Assembly: GCA_041737745.1 (NCBI GenBank)
Contig: JBGSRC010000007.1
Span: 92,678-156,677, forward strand
Length of the DNA stretch: 64,000 bases
From: Candidatus Caenarcanales bacterium
Lineage (GTDB): Bacteria; Cyanobacteriota; Vampirovibrionia; Caenarcaniphilales; Caenarcanaceae
Direction: 5' to 3'
A model generated the notes under the pieces. That model was not told where the DNA came from and made no database searches. It saw only the letters and a program-made list of their open reading frames with translations. This document shows, in pieces, positions 18,182 to 28,582 of the stretch. The translations under genes were made by a program, and so were the position numbers. Every line of letters starts with the position of its first letter. Within the stretch, counting starts at the first letter, position 1.

Positions 18182-18625
18182 TTACTTAGTTACTTTCTTG
18201 AGAAGTTCTTCTAAGAGTTTTCTTTGTTCTTCATCGAGCTCCTTTTGATTGGTTTTTTCATTGATTTCTTGTAAGTTGTTTAGCCGATTGCATCTTTCTT
18301 GACATAATTCATTCCCCTGATAGTATTTGCCATTATTCTGGACAATTGCAGGCTTCTCAGATCGCCCTAGCCGCTTCATTCCCCAAGCTCCAGTCAAACA
18401 ACAAGCAGCCCCTAAAAACAACTGAATAGCCAAAGTCCAAAGCTCAGGTGCAACATCCCAAAGTGCCCCGAAAAGACTAGTGTCAGTCCCATCTTTTTTT
18501 AAGCTCTCCGCTATCGCAGACAAACCAGACTCAGGAACAGAAACGCTCGGGTTGGCTGCACTAGAAAAAAGAACAGGACGAAAGAAAGATTTTACAGGGT
18601 AAGAACGCAACTCCACAGAATGCAT
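18182..18625 (-). CDS. hypothetical single-pass membrane protein with C-terminal coiled-coil/charged tail
   Basis: One predicted TM segment (LWTLAIQLFLGAACCLTGAWG); no recognisable family. Confidence 0.4.
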   Translation of the reverse strand: MHSVELRSYPVKSFFRPVLFSSAANPSVSVPESGLSAIAESLKKDGTDTSLFGALWDVAPELWTLAIQLFLGAACCLTGAWGMKRLGRSEKPAIVQNNGKYYQGNELCQERCNRLNNLQEINEKTNQKELDEEQRKLLEELLKKVTK

Positions 18626-18700
18626 AAATACTCAACTCAGTGCCAGCCATCATACCCCTACGCCCTACCAAGTGTCAATATACTCATCTCGAAAGATTAA

Positions 18701-18980
18701 GGGGGTCTGGGGCTTCGTAGCGCTAGCTAAGGCGTATCGGCCTCGCGGCTCTCTATTGCTAAGCATCCCTCATAACCCCACTTAAGAAAAGGCTGAAAAA
18801 CTAGATCTCGGGGGAGTTTGAGGGGGCGAAGACCCCTCAAGGAGTTAAACTTCCCAAACCGCAAGTGAGCCTAAAAACCCCATTAAAAACGGAAAGAATC
18901 TTCGCGAAATTACAGTTTTTTGGAGTTATTCAATGTTTCCTTAGGAACAAGAGACCAGTTTATGGACTCACGCTACGCGA
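18701..18980. repeat. composite intergenic repeat region (GGGGGTCTGGGG, GGGGAGTTTGAGGGGGCGAAGACCCCTC, AACCGCAAGTGAGC and CAATGTTTCC modules)
   Basis: Modules shared with the 13961, 21898, 31541, 51327 and 57775 regions. Confidence 0.65.
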
Positions 18981-20618
18981 CTAGCCTTCGCAGGATTTAC
19001 AGCTACTGAAATCAATAGCCGCTTTCCCAGTGAGCGCCGAAGCAGTCCGGCAATAATACAAACTCTTCACTCCAAGCTCCCAAGCCTGATAATGACACTC
19101 GTTTATATAATCAAGAGGCGCATTGATCGGGAAATAAAGATTTAAACTCTGTCCCTGATCGATGAACTTCTGCCGCTGAGCGGCTTTTTGCACAACTACA
19201 AGCTGGTTGATTTCTCGAGCAGTACGGAAAACAGCTTTCTCTTCATCACTGAAGAAATCAAGATGCTGCACTGAGCCCTGATTCACCAAGATATCCTGCC
19301 AAACGTCCAGCGTGTCTTTGCCCATGTCTTGAAGCGCTTGTTTCAGGTATTTGTTCTTGTAAACAAAAGAACCCTTAGCGCTGTTCATCGTGTAAGCATT
19401 GGCCGGAATCGGCTCTATACCATTGGAGACGTGACCAGAAATCAAACTGTTAGAAACTGTAGGAGCCGTTGCAAAGAGACGATAGTTATTGAAAGCATAC
19501 TTCGTTTTGAAGATCTCACCTTGAGCGTGAATGCTCTGGAAGATCTCAGCGTTTAGGTATCTGGCCTTCATCGACTCAAACGCAATCTGATTTTTTTGGA
19601 GAAAAGAGTGATAGCCTAGCACACCTAAGCCGATCGCCTTGTATTTGCTAGCAAAGTAACGCGCTTTCTCTAGGCCCTGAACTCCCTCACACTTCTCGAT
19701 AAAGCTCTCATTTACTGAGTTCAAGAACAAAAGAGCGGTCTGCACTAGATCTGTATGTTGCCACTCGTCGTATTTGTCTAGATTCAAACTGGACAGACAA
19801 CAGACAAAGCTCATACTAGAATCTGTCGGCAACATGATCTCCGAACAGAGATTAGAAGAATAGACTTTTTCTTGGCTGCCTTTGTTCACGTTATCGCTAA
19901 AGAAAATATAAGGCTCGCCAGTCTCTAAACGCGCTTTGATCAGCTTGGTCCAAAGTTCGCTGTTGGTTTTGTTTTTTGGAATCGAGCGCATGAACTCATC
20001 ATCGATGCAAATTCCATGGTGCACGTTGGGGACACGGCGATGCTCTTCTACGGTCGGCCGACGCATATCGATGAATTCATGAGCGTCACCGTGGGTGATC
20101 GGCAAATAAGCAGCCATCGCACCCCGTCTTACGCCACCCTGAGAGATACCCAAGATCGTCGCATCGAACATCTTGAGGAAGGGGATAATCCCTTCTGTAT
20201 AGCCGTTTTGCGATATACGAGCTCCACGAGCGCGCACTTCACCCATATAAATAGCCGTGCCACCACCGGATTTGGTTTGCATCGCTATCTCTTTCAGGCT
20301 GTCCATGATGCCAGTCACGCTATCGGGGACTATTGTTCCTCCGTAGCAACTAATAGGCAAGCCCCGGTCTGTGCCTAGATTCGAGAGTACTGGCGAAGCT
20401 GGACAGAGCCAGTTTTTGTGTAGGGCCTCAGTTAGTTTTGTGCTGTAGGAAGCTAGCTCTTCAGCCGTCAGATGAGTGGCTAGGATCCGTGAAGATTCTG
20501 CCACCAAGCGATCATACATATCATAGGGCTCTTCTCCTTGCAAGAGATAGCCGCCCTTTAGTGTCTGATAGCCGTGGGGGCTAAGCCATAGTGGTTTTTT
20601 TATTGTCTGGTTTTCCAT
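18981..20618 (-). CDS. nrdA: ribonucleoside-diphosphate reductase alpha subunit (class I; short form, apparently without an N-terminal ATP cone)
   Basis: Active-site NLCSEI motif, the C-terminal redox Cys pair (SSCKSCEG) and the overall class I fold. Confidence 0.85.
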   Translation of the reverse strand: MENQTIKKPLWLSPHGYQTLKGGYLLQGEEPYDMYDRLVAESSRILATHLTAEELASYSTKLTEALHKNWLCPASPVLSNLGTDRGLPISCYGGTIVPDSVTGIMDSLKEIAMQTKSGGGTAIYMGEVRARGARISQNGYTEGIIPFLKMFDATILGISQGGVRRGAMAAYLPITHGDAHEFIDMRRPTVEEHRRVPNVHHGICIDDEFMRSIPKNKTNSELWTKLIKARLETGEPYIFFSDNVNKGSQEKVYSSNLCSEIMLPTDSSMSFVCCLSSLNLDKYDEWQHTDLVQTALLFLNSVNESFIEKCEGVQGLEKARYFASKYKAIGLGVLGYHSFLQKNQIAFESMKARYLNAEIFQSIHAQGEIFKTKYAFNNYRLFATAPTVSNSLISGHVSNGIEPIPANAYTMNSAKGSFVYKNKYLKQALQDMGKDTLDVWQDILVNQGSVQHLDFFSDEEKAVFRTAREINQLVVVQKAAQRQKFIDQGQSLNLYFPINAPLDYINECHYQAWELGVKSLYYCRTASALTGKAAIDFSSCKSCEG

Positions 20619-21586
20619 AGATCTTCCTCAGTAACTTCCCATTTTTTGTAGTCTGAAGGGCGACTGACAAAGAAATCAGTGTGCTTCAAGCCTGTAGTGA
20701 GCGAGTTGAAATCTTGCATCTCTTCAAGTTGTTTATTATCGCACTCAAACATCGGGTCATAGCCTATAACCTTTAGTTGCTCGTTAGTGCGATGTCTCAT
20801 ATAGTTCTTGAGCGCACTGGCTGTGAGATTCGGCAGATCGCCGTGAGCGAAGATCTGATCGATACAATTTTCTTCAATCTTGACCGTCAGTTCGGCCGCA
20901 AAAAGAATATCTGGTTCGATCTTGGCGCGCATGGTGGGCAGCTCATCAACCAAAATATTGAATAATTTGCAGCCAGCTTCGGAGTGTAGCTGTTCGTCAC
21001 GGATCGACCATTCGATGATTCTGTTCATGCCCTTCATCAGGCCACGGGTCCGGAAGCTATCAAGGGCGGCAAAGGAGCTGAAAAGATTGACGCCTTCGTT
21101 GAAGGCTGAAAAGATCGCGAGTGATTTTGCGATGTCTTCGGGTGTGGGATGGTCGAGGTTGACGTTCTCGGGGTCAACTAACCTATCGATCTTTTCGCTG
21201 AATTCGCTGACGTCAAGAAAGCCAGCAAACTCATGTTCGAGGTTGAGCGCTTCATTGAGCGCGGCATAGGCTCTGATATGAATGGTCTCAAAGTTACCGA
21301 AGCAAAGAGCCATATTTTGGATTTCTGGTTTTGGAAACCAGCGGGCTACTTTACTTGACCAGTATTCACCGATGTGGATCTCGGACTGGGTGAAAGTTTT
21401 CAGGATAGAGCCGATCACATAACGATCGGTTTCGCTCAGTTTAGTTTTCCAATCGTGGATGTCTGAGGCGAGGGGAATTTCGGTGTGAATCCAGAAGACT
21501 GATTGAGCCTTATCCCAATAGTCTCTAGCCCAAAGGTGTTCGCTTTGCCCCCATGTGAGGGTCTTTCGCAAGATTTCGATATTCAT
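20600..21586 (-). CDS. nrdB: ribonucleoside-diphosphate reductase beta subunit (radical Tyr retained)
   Basis: Di-iron ligand/tyrosyl motif FGNFETIHIRAY (compare E. coli FSETIHSRSY) and a second EGxxxxxxF-type helix. Overlaps the nrdA start by 19 nt, so the order is nrdB then nrdA. Confidence 0.85.
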   Translation of the reverse strand: MNIEILRKTLTWGQSEHLWARDYWDKAQSVFWIHTEIPLASDIHDWKTKLSETDRYVIGSILKTFTQSEIHIGEYWSSKVARWFPKPEIQNMALCFGNFETIHIRAYAALNEALNLEHEFAGFLDVSEFSEKIDRLVDPENVNLDHPTPEDIAKSLAIFSAFNEGVNLFSSFAALDSFRTRGLMKGMNRIIEWSIRDEQLHSEAGCKLFNILVDELPTMRAKIEPDILFAAELTVKIEENCIDQIFAHGDLPNLTASALKNYMRHRTNEQLKVIGYDPMFECDNKQLEEMQDFNSLTTGLKHTDFFVSRPSDYKKWEVTEEDLWKTRQ

Positions 21587-21897
21587 AACTAATTTTATTA
21601 TCCATAGAAAAGATCATTTTCGGATCATTCTATTTTCGGCTTGACAGAGGTCAGCTTTTGGGTTTCGGAGAGTGGGGATCTCTATTCAGGTCAGTTATTT
21701 TAGCTATGGTTTCGTGCAGTAGCTCTAGGGCTTCGTTGGCGATGATTTTTAGCTTTTCTTCTTCTTTGGTTTGGGTTGACATTTCGATTATTTCTTTTTT
21801 GTATTGAATCCAAGCCCAGATTGTTCTATTTGCCTTCGGGGATAGCCCTGTGGTGGATCTCTTTTGTGTGTTTTTCCTTTTCTTTCTTAAGAATTAA

Positions 21898-22165
21898 AGG
21901 GGAGTTTGAGGGGGCCGTAGGTCCCCTCATCATTAATATTTCAAGTAACCTCCAGTGAGCTCAAGAACTTCGGATCACTTGAGGTTAAGTAGTTTTTCCT
22001 TGAGGGCTGGCCTGCGCAGCGCTAGCTAGTCGCTGCACTCACTCTAAGCGCAAACTCTCAAGCTCTCCTCTCTAGAGCAAAGAGAAGCGAAAGAATCTTA
22101 GATGAGTCTAAGTACCAATTGGATCACAGCTCAAGCTCGGGGCTAATCGCCCACTCGCGCTACGC
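21898..22165. repeat. composite intergenic repeat region
   Basis: GGGGAGTTTGAGGGGGCCGTAGGTCCCCTC hairpin, TTCAAGTAACCTCCAGTGAGC, GAGGGCTGGCCTGCGCAGCGCTAGC..., and CCAATTGGATCACAGCTCAAGCTC modules, all shared with other loci. Confidence 0.65.
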
Positions 22166-22167
22166 GA

Positions 22168-23328
22168 TCAGCTTTGTAAATTATTCATGTCTTTGTCTCC
22201 GCGTCCCGATAAATTGATGATTATTAGGGGATCTGATCCGAGCTCACTCTCTCCCAGCTTAGATAGATAAGCGAGAGCATGAGCAGTCTCAAGAGCCGGC
22301 AAAATCCCCTCAAGCAAACAAAGCTCTCGAAGCGCCAACAGAGCCTCTTGGTCTGTGATAGCCGCGTAATGCACCCGGCCAGTATCTTTGAGATGACTGT
22401 GCTCAGGCCCAACACCGGGATAATCGAGCCCAGCCGAAATGCTATGCGCCTCAGTGATAGCCCCATGCTCGTCTTGCAGCAAATAGCTGAAAGTACCGTG
22501 CAATACTCCTGGCCTACCCATAGTGAGCGTGGCAGCATGCTTGGAGTGCAGCCCGTGACCAGCCGCCTCAAGCCCAATCAGTTTCACTGTTGAGTCATCT
22601 AAAAAAGGCGCAAAAGCGCCGATCGCGTTGGAGCCACCACCAATGCAAGCCAGCACCTGCGAAGGCAAACGCCCATAGCGCTCCAAGCACTGAGCCCGCA
22701 TTTCCCGTCCGATGATCGACTGGAACTCACGCACTATGCTTGGATAAGGATGAGGTCCACTGGCCGTCCCAATGATGTAATGCGTCGAACGCACACTAGA
22801 AACCCATTCGCGAATAGCCTCGGATGTCGCTTCTTTGAGAGTCGCTTCACCGGCTGTCACCGGCACTATCTCTGCCCCAAAGAGCCGCATCCGCTGCACA
22901 TTCGGGGCTTGTCTTTCCATGTCACGTTCGCCCATAAAAATACTGCATTCGAGCCCCAAGAGCGCGCAAGCAGCAGCCGTCGCCACGCCATGTTGACCGG
23001 CACCGGTCTCTGCTATCACTCTTTTTTTGCCGAGTTTGTGGGCAAGCAGAGCCTGTCCGAGCGAGTTATTGATCTTGTGGGCGCCAGTGTGAGCCAAATC
23101 TTCACGCTTCAGGAGCACTGGAAAACCATGTTTGGCGCTGAGCCTTTCGGCATGGAAGAGCGCAGTAGGTCTACCGACAAAGTCTCTGAGTAGTTGCGCG
23201 TAGCGCTCAGCAAAGACCCGATCGTCAGCTAGTCCCTCGAAAGCAGCCTCTAGCTCGATCAGAGCGGGCATCAGTGTCTCTGGTACGTATTGGCCACCGT
23301 AGACCCCAAATCTACTTGCTATGGCCAT
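22168..23328 (-). CDS. trpB: tryptophan synthase beta chain (no trpA or other trp genes in the window)
   Basis: PLP-lysine motif HTGAHKINN, the GGGSNAIG loop and overall TrpB1-like length. Confidence 0.9.
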   Translation of the reverse strand: MAIASRFGVYGGQYVPETLMPALIELEAAFEGLADDRVFAERYAQLLRDFVGRPTALFHAERLSAKHGFPVLLKREDLAHTGAHKINNSLGQALLAHKLGKKRVIAETGAGQHGVATAAACALLGLECSIFMGERDMERQAPNVQRMRLFGAEIVPVTAGEATLKEATSEAIREWVSSVRSTHYIIGTASGPHPYPSIVREFQSIIGREMRAQCLERYGRLPSQVLACIGGGSNAIGAFAPFLDDSTVKLIGLEAAGHGLHSKHAATLTMGRPGVLHGTFSYLLQDEHGAITEAHSISAGLDYPGVGPEHSHLKDTGRVHYAAITDQEALLALRELCLLEGILPALETAHALAYLSKLGESELGSDPLIIINLSGRGDKDMNNLQS

Positions 23329-23848
23329 TTAGCCCCTTCTCTTTCAAAAAACTCTCTAGATCGTTCATCGCGAGGATTATATCTCGTGCCGGTACAAAGA
23401 GAAAATCGACAGTACCGACCCCGATCACACAAGGCCAGTTTGATTTTGCCCCCGCACCCAACCAAGATAAAACTAAACGACGTTCTGGCCAAGGGTCTTT
23501 TCTCGCTTCATAGTGCAACAAGATCACTCGCCTTAGTTCACTCACTTCGAGGTCTTGTTCGAGCATTTCTTCTGCGCTCAGCTTCTCTTCTTTGATTTGT
23601 TCTTCCCACTCAGACTCAAAGAGCACGGAGTTCACTTCGCCGGGGATTTGGCTGTGGAGGCCGAAGCTACCAAAATACTCTTGCATGTTGATCGCTCCTG
23701 AGCCAGAGAGTTCGCGGCGCACTTGTTCGATCTCGCCTTGCAAGACAGTCTCGATATGCTCTAGTGCTTCGCGGGAGCTATCGGGTTTGACTGATTGTTT
23801 TGACTTGATGAAGAGTACTGGTTCGTCTAGTAGTTCTATGCGCATCAT
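23312..23848 (-). CDS. hypothetical acidic cytoplasmic protein (downstream of pstCA; not PstB or PhoU)
   Basis: 178 aa with no Walker motifs and no recognisable family; overlaps the trpB start by 17 nt. Confidence 0.45.
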   Translation of the reverse strand: MMRIELLDEPVLFIKSKQSVKPDSSREALEHIETVLQGEIEQVRRELSGSGAINMQEYFGSFGLHSQIPGEVNSVLFESEWEEQIKEEKLSAEEMLEQDLEVSELRRVILLHYEARKDPWPERRLVLSWLGAGAKSNWPCVIGVGTVDFLFVPARDIILAMNDLESFLKEKGLNGHSK

Positions 23849-23895
23849 TTTTATTTTCTGAGTTGATCAACGCTACGTGAAGCAAAGATTTAGCT

Positions 23896-24813
23896 TCAGC
23901 CTTGGCTCTTGCGCTTGCTGAAACTGAACATAGCTAAAACGTTGAGCAATAAGATAGCAAAAATCAAGACCAAAGCCGTCGCAAAAGCCCGACTTGTATC
24001 GTCATAGCTGGTGGCCTGATAATAGAGATGGACAGCGAGCGTCCTGCCAGAATCAGGTAATAGATACGGAAACTCATTGGCGAGCAAGCGGGGCTCAGTG
24101 GTGATACTACCGCCAGCAGCCAAAATAACGATCGCCGATTCGGCCACAGCGCGGGAGATAGCGAGCATCACACCAGTGAAAATACCCGGAAAAGCCGCCG
24201 GTAAAATCACCCGAAAAATAGTCTGGGTTTTATTCCCACCCAGCGCAAGGCTAGCTTCTCTATAAGTCCTAGGCACAGTCTGAATAGCCTCTTCCACTGT
24301 CCGGATAATGAAAGGCAAAATCATGATCCCAACGCTAAAAGCACCAGCCAGCAAGGAATGATTGAAATGTAAAAAGCTGACAAAAAAAGCAAGCCCAAAA
24401 AGCCCAAAAATGATCGAAGGAATACCAGCCAGACTGTCTATCGCAAAGCGAGCCATCTTGGTGAATCGAGATTTTGGGTCAAGATATTCACTCAAAGCAA
24501 CAGCCGAGAAAATACCGATCGGTGTAGCCAAAAGGACAGCGCCACCGGTCAAATAGATCGTTCCAATGATCGGATACAGGATCCCTCCCTGATCATTTCG
24601 CCCACCCTGAGGAGGATCGAGCAGATAAGAGAGGGAAACCAGCTTCCCAGAGCCCTTCAAAAAGATATAGCCGAGCGTCACACCCAAAACGATCACGACT
24701 AGGATCGCACTGGCCCAAATAAATGCCAAACCGAAAAAATCCTCACGCTTGTTCGAGCTCAAAAGCTGAGGACTGCTCATCAAATGCTTGAAGCTGCTTT
24801 TGCCTAAACTCAT
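23896..24813 (-). CDS. pstA: phosphate ABC transporter permease PstA
   Basis: Six-TM ABC permease with EAA-loop region (VPRTYREASLALGGNKTQTIFRVILP). Confidence 0.8.
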   Translation of the reverse strand: MSLGKSSFKHLMSSPQLLSSNKREDFFGLAFIWASAILVVIVLGVTLGYIFLKGSGKLVSLSYLLDPPQGGRNDQGGILYPIIGTIYLTGGAVLLATPIGIFSAVALSEYLDPKSRFTKMARFAIDSLAGIPSIIFGLFGLAFFVSFLHFNHSLLAGAFSVGIMILPFIIRTVEEAIQTVPRTYREASLALGGNKTQTIFRVILPAAFPGIFTGVMLAISRAVAESAIVILAAGGSITTEPRLLANEFPYLLPDSGRTLAVHLYYQATSYDDTSRAFATALVLIFAILLLNVLAMFSFSKRKSQG

Positions 24814-25748
24814 CAGAAATTCCCTCGTCTAGAACTAGAATCTTTCACCAGCTGATAAACGCAAAAATTGACCAGCATGATCACCAAAAACAGCACAGCC
24901 CCAGTAGCGAAGAGACTCTGCAGGTGAGGGCCCTCTTTTGCGTACTCGATATCACCGATGATATTTGTGGTCAGCGTCCGCGCTGCGCTCAAAAGCCCAA
25001 ACCAATAGTCAGGCTGAAAGTCGGGCATAGTAGGCCTGTTCCCAATCACCATCTTGACGGCCATCGCCTCGCCAAAGGCCCGACTGACACCGAGCACTAC
25101 AGCTGTGGCAAGACCGGGTTTGGCTACCGGCAAGATCACCCGCATGATCGTCTGAAAACGGCTAGCCCCCAGCGCTAAGCTCGCTTCTTTGAGATGTCTT
25201 GGTATAGCCTCGATTACACTCTGTGAGATCCCAACAATTGTTGGCAAAATCATGATGGTCAAAATGATGATCGCTCCGAGCATCGAAAAGCCAGCGCCCT
25301 TCCCTAGGCTCTGCACCCAAGGGACAATAACCGAGAGACCGATCAGACCATAGACAACAGAAGGGGTTCCGGCCAAAATCTGCACAGCCGCCTGAATCAA
25401 ATTCCGAAAAGGGCCCTTGGCTAACTCAGATGCACAAACAGCACAAGCAATACCGATCGGGGCGCTGAGCGCAATCGAACAGAGAGTAATGTAGAGCGAA
25501 CTGATGATCATCGGTAAGATCCCAAAACGCTTCAGCTCAGTGGGGCTCCAGTCTAGCCCTAGCAAAAAGTCAGCTACTGGGATTGTTGTGAAAAGCTGCA
25601 AACCGTTCCAGAATATATAGACAGTAATCAGCAATAAAAAAAGTACCGAAAGATAAAGGCAAGTGCGAAACAGACCGGAAAAGAATCTCTCTTCAATTTC
25701 GCGGGTGATTTTGTTTTTAGCTTTGAGGCTGGTAAGCTGCAAATTCAA
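24813..25748 (-). CDS. pstC: phosphate ABC transporter permease PstC
   Basis: ABC permease with EAA-loop region (IPRHLKEASLALGASRFQTIMRVILP); stop and start overlap with pstA. Confidence 0.8.
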   Translation of the reverse strand: MNLQLTSLKAKNKITREIEERFFSGLFRTCLYLSVLFLLLITVYIFWNGLQLFTTIPVADFLLGLDWSPTELKRFGILPMIISSLYITLCSIALSAPIGIACAVCASELAKGPFRNLIQAAVQILAGTPSVVYGLIGLSVIVPWVQSLGKGAGFSMLGAIIILTIMILPTIVGISQSVIEAIPRHLKEASLALGASRFQTIMRVILPVAKPGLATAVVLGVSRAFGEAMAVKMVIGNRPTMPDFQPDYWFGLLSAARTLTTNIIGDIEYAKEGPHLQSLFATGAVLFLVIMLVNFCVYQLVKDSSSRRGNF

Positions 25749-25787
25749 GGGTTTGAGAGGGCAAGCGGCAGGTCAAGACTGCTGATA

Positions 25788-25816
25788 TTTGACAGGTATA
25801 GCATAAAAGAGTTATA
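25788..25816 (+). promoter_or_regulatory. sigma-70-like promoter candidate for rpsD (TTGACA, 17-nt spacer, TTATAT)
   Basis: TTGACA at 25788-25793 and TTATAT at 25811-25816, about 36 nt upstream of the rpsD ATG, with an AAGG RBS at 25841. Confidence 0.45.
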
Positions 25817-25851
25817 TTTAGGCTCTCGTTTTAATTGTTCTAAGGTATTAA

Positions 25852-26517
25852 ATGGCACGTTACGTCTTCAAAAAGACCAAGAGAATAGTAAGGAAGTTTG
25901 GACCGGTAAACGGTCTTAATCCGCTTCGCGGCGTCCGTCTTGGCAAACCTGGCAAACCGGCCGGCAAACGCGAAGGAAAGCAATCTGAATACGGCAAAGG
26001 TCTCTTTAACAAAAACAAGCTGCGCGCTTGCTATGGCATCAATGAGACTCAGTTTAGAAATTATTTTGCGAAAGCAACTAAAGCTCCCGACACCGGTGAA
26101 GCGTTGCTTCAGCTCCTAGAGTATAGATTAGACAATTTAGTCTATAGATTAGGCTTTGCTCCTACTCTTCCTGGCGCCCGTCAGCTGGTAGTGCACGGTC
26201 ATATCGAAGTAGAGCATCATCGTTCCTTCGTTCAGTCCAATGAAGAAGGCGCTGAACAAAAAGAACGCGTCTTTGAGCGGGTCGACAGACCTTCTTATAG
26301 ACTGAAAGTCGGTCAAAGAATACGTCTCTGCAAGAAGACAGCCAAAAAACTACCTCCAATGATTGAACAGTCGATCAAATCGGTTGAAAGAGTGGACTAT
26401 GTAAACTTCGATGAAGACAAACTGGAAGGCTACCTGAATCGGGAAGCTACCGGTATAGACATCAAAGTACCAGTCGAACTAGCGAAGATTATCGAGTTCA
26501 CCTCCAAGAATTCTTAA
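25852..26517 (+). CDS. rpsD: 30S ribosomal protein S4 (atypical N-terminus, no zinc-finger cysteines)
   Basis: S4 RNA-binding domain RLDNLVYRLGFAPTLPGARQLVVHGHIEV. Confidence 0.8.
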   Translation: MARYVFKKTKRIVRKFGPVNGLNPLRGVRLGKPGKPAGKREGKQSEYGKGLFNKNKLRACYGINETQFRNYFAKATKAPDTGEALLQLLEYRLDNLVYRLGFAPTLPGARQLVVHGHIEVEHHRSFVQSNEEGAEQKERVFERVDRPSYRLKVGQRIRLCKKTAKKLPPMIEQSIKSVERVDYVNFDEDKLEGYLNREATGIDIKVPVELAKIIEFTSKNS

Positions 26518-26526
26518 GGAAATACA

Positions 26527-26664
26527 ATGAAAAGAACACTAGAAGGAACCTGTAGAAAGAGATTGCGCGTCAGCGGCTTTAGAGCTCGGATGGCTTGTCC
26601 TGGTGGTAGACGCGTGATCCGGAACAGAAGAGCTAAAGGCAGACATAGACTAGGCATTCAGTGA
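26527..26664 (+). CDS. rpmH: 50S ribosomal protein L34
   Basis: 45-aa [48 protein letters not shown]. Not in the ORF track because it is under 60 aa; found by inspection upstream of rnpA. Confidence 0.85.
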   Translation: MKRTLEGTCRKRLRVSGFRARMACPGGRRVIRNRRAKGRHRLGIQ

Positions 26665-27017
26665 CCTTAGCCAAGCGGCACAAGCTTAAAGATTGGCGCT
26701 GCTTTTCCGCTTATACTCGCTCTCGCACTCTCTTCGAGAATAGCTTGATCTCTTTTCGGGTACTGAGCCTTAGGTCTTCTGGGCTTTCACTCGGCCTACC
26801 ACGGATCGCTTTCATTGCCAGTAAAAAAATCTTTAGACTAGCGCATACACGGAATAGAGCAAAGAGACTATTGGCGGAAGCGCTTCGTCCTTATCATGCC
26901 GCTTTATTGCAAAAACATGCTGGCCGCGATGCTCTTTTCATTCTCGCCAAATCCAAAGTACTAGAAGCGTCTTTTCTCAGTCTCAGAGCTGCTTTTGAGG
27001 AGCTGAGCAAGTCTTGA
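26661..27017 (+). CDS. rnpA: ribonuclease P protein component
   Basis: RNR motif region [13 protein letters not shown]; GTG start overlapping the rpmH stop (GTGA), the classic rpmH-rnpA linkage. Confidence 0.8.
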   Translation: MTLAKRHKLKDWRCFSAYTRSRTLFENSLISFRVLSLRSSGLSLGLPRIAFIASKKIFRLAHTRNRAKRLLAEALRPYHAALLQKHAGRDALFILAKSKVLEASFLSLRAAFEELSKS

Positions 27018-28518
27018 GCGAAATATCCGAGAAAAAGAAATGGACCTTCTTAGCGACCAGTGGCGCTATTGCCCTCAGTAAAGTTTTCGGTTTCGCCCGA
27101 GATCTATTGGTGGCTGCTTTTTATGGCACTGGTCTGGTGGCTGATAGTTTCAATTACGCTTATCTTTTCACCGGAAATCTTTTCATTCTCTTTGGGGGAC
27201 TAAATGGCCCTTTTCATTCGGCTACAGTCACAGCTTTTGGTCGGCAGTCTAAGCCGAATGTTTTGGCGATTTTGTTCTGGTCTTTTGCGCCGCTTGCCTT
27301 GCTCGCTTTTTTCGCTTGGCTTGCTTTGAGCTTTGGGTTAGCTGCTTCTTTTTCGCCTTTGCTTCTTGAAAATTTGAAATTGATGTTGCCTGTTTTGGCC
27401 TGCACTGGTCTGATGGGTGCTTTGTTTGGGGTGCTTTGTTCTCGTGGTAATCTTTGGCTTCCATCGCTCAGTCCTCTGCTGAGCAGCATTGCTACTATTT
27501 GTGTTTTGCTTTTTGGCCGGGAGCAGCTGGGTGATTTGACTTTGGCTTGGGGGATACTTTTCGGGACATTTTTGCAAGTTCTATTGCATTTGTTTTTTGC
27601 GTGGCGGGAAGATTTGAGTAGCTCTTTACCCAATAAGTTCTTTGCTTGGCTTCAGGGGAGAGAAGAGGGTGTTTTTTTTTCGCTATGCTCGGGCCCAGTT
27701 TGCTCAGCAGCACTGTTGGTAGCTTAAACGTCTATGTAGACAGTTTCTTTTGTGCTGGTTTGGTGGAGGGGAGCTGGACGTCTATCGTCCTCGCCAATCG
27801 TTTGATTCAGCTTCCTTTTGGCGTTTTGGTGGGTGGGGCTTTGGTCAGCTTTTTGCCGCAGGCTACGGCTCTCGCCTCAAAGGGAGAGTTGATCGATTTA
27901 GCGGAGCTTTACAAGCGCCAGCTTTTTTCTTTACTCAGTTTGCTTTTACCGGTTTTGGTTTTCATCTTCTTTTTCGGTGAAGATCTGGTGCGGATCGTCT
28001 TTCAGCGAGGGGCCTTTGGCCGTGACTCTTCGGCTTTAGTAAGTAGCGTTTTGCTCGGTTTGGCTGCTAGTTTGGTCACTGGTTTGCCACGTGAGCTCTA
28101 TACTCGGGTTTTTTACGCTCTTGGTGAGAGTCGCTTGCCGCTTTATTGTAGCTTGGTGGCTGTTGGGCTAAACGCTCTATTGGATTGGCTTTTGGCGCCT
28201 GTTTTGGGTGTTTTGGGCATTGCCATCAGTACCAGTCTTGTTGCTTTCGCCAATTCTTTACTTTTAGGATTTTTGCTTGGTCGCAGGCGGCTAGAGTTTG
28301 TTGGTTTAGGCTTGGGGTGGGGGGACTATTTAAGACTTTTGGGGTTTGGGCTTTGTGCTTGTTTGGGGGTGTGGCTTGGGTCTTGGATTGGTGGGGTGAT
28401 TTTTGCTGGGATTAATTTTTGGGGCATTGATTGGGTTACTTTGGGGCGTTTAGGGTTGGCTTCGTTGTTTTGTTTGGGTTTTCATCTTTTGTTTAAGCTG
28501 AACATTAAACAAACATAA
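27014..28518 (+). pseudogene. murJ: murJ (lipid II flippase, MviN family) split into two ORFs by a frameshift at a T9 homopolymer (27670-27678)
   Basis: ORF 27014-27727 matches the MurJ N-terminal half (ILGFARDLLVAAFYGTGLVADSFNYAYLFTGNLF). ORF 27646-28518, in a different frame, continues the alignment (FAMLGPSLLSSTVGSLNVYVD...). The junction lies at gttttttttt; a 1-nt indel would restore a roughly 520-aa MurJ. Confidence 0.7.
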
Positions 28519-28582
28519 AAATATTCATTTCTCAGATGCTTCTCGTCATAATAAATAACGTCAAAACGACAGTTTTATTTCA

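Noticed and set aside
27214-27713. Four Lys-rich minus-strand ORFs (71-139 aa) overlapping murJ
   Set aside because: They are antisense shadows of the Phe/Leu-rich MurJ coding sequence (TTT/TTC/CTT read in reverse gives Lys and Glu). They have no starts with an RBS and no homology.
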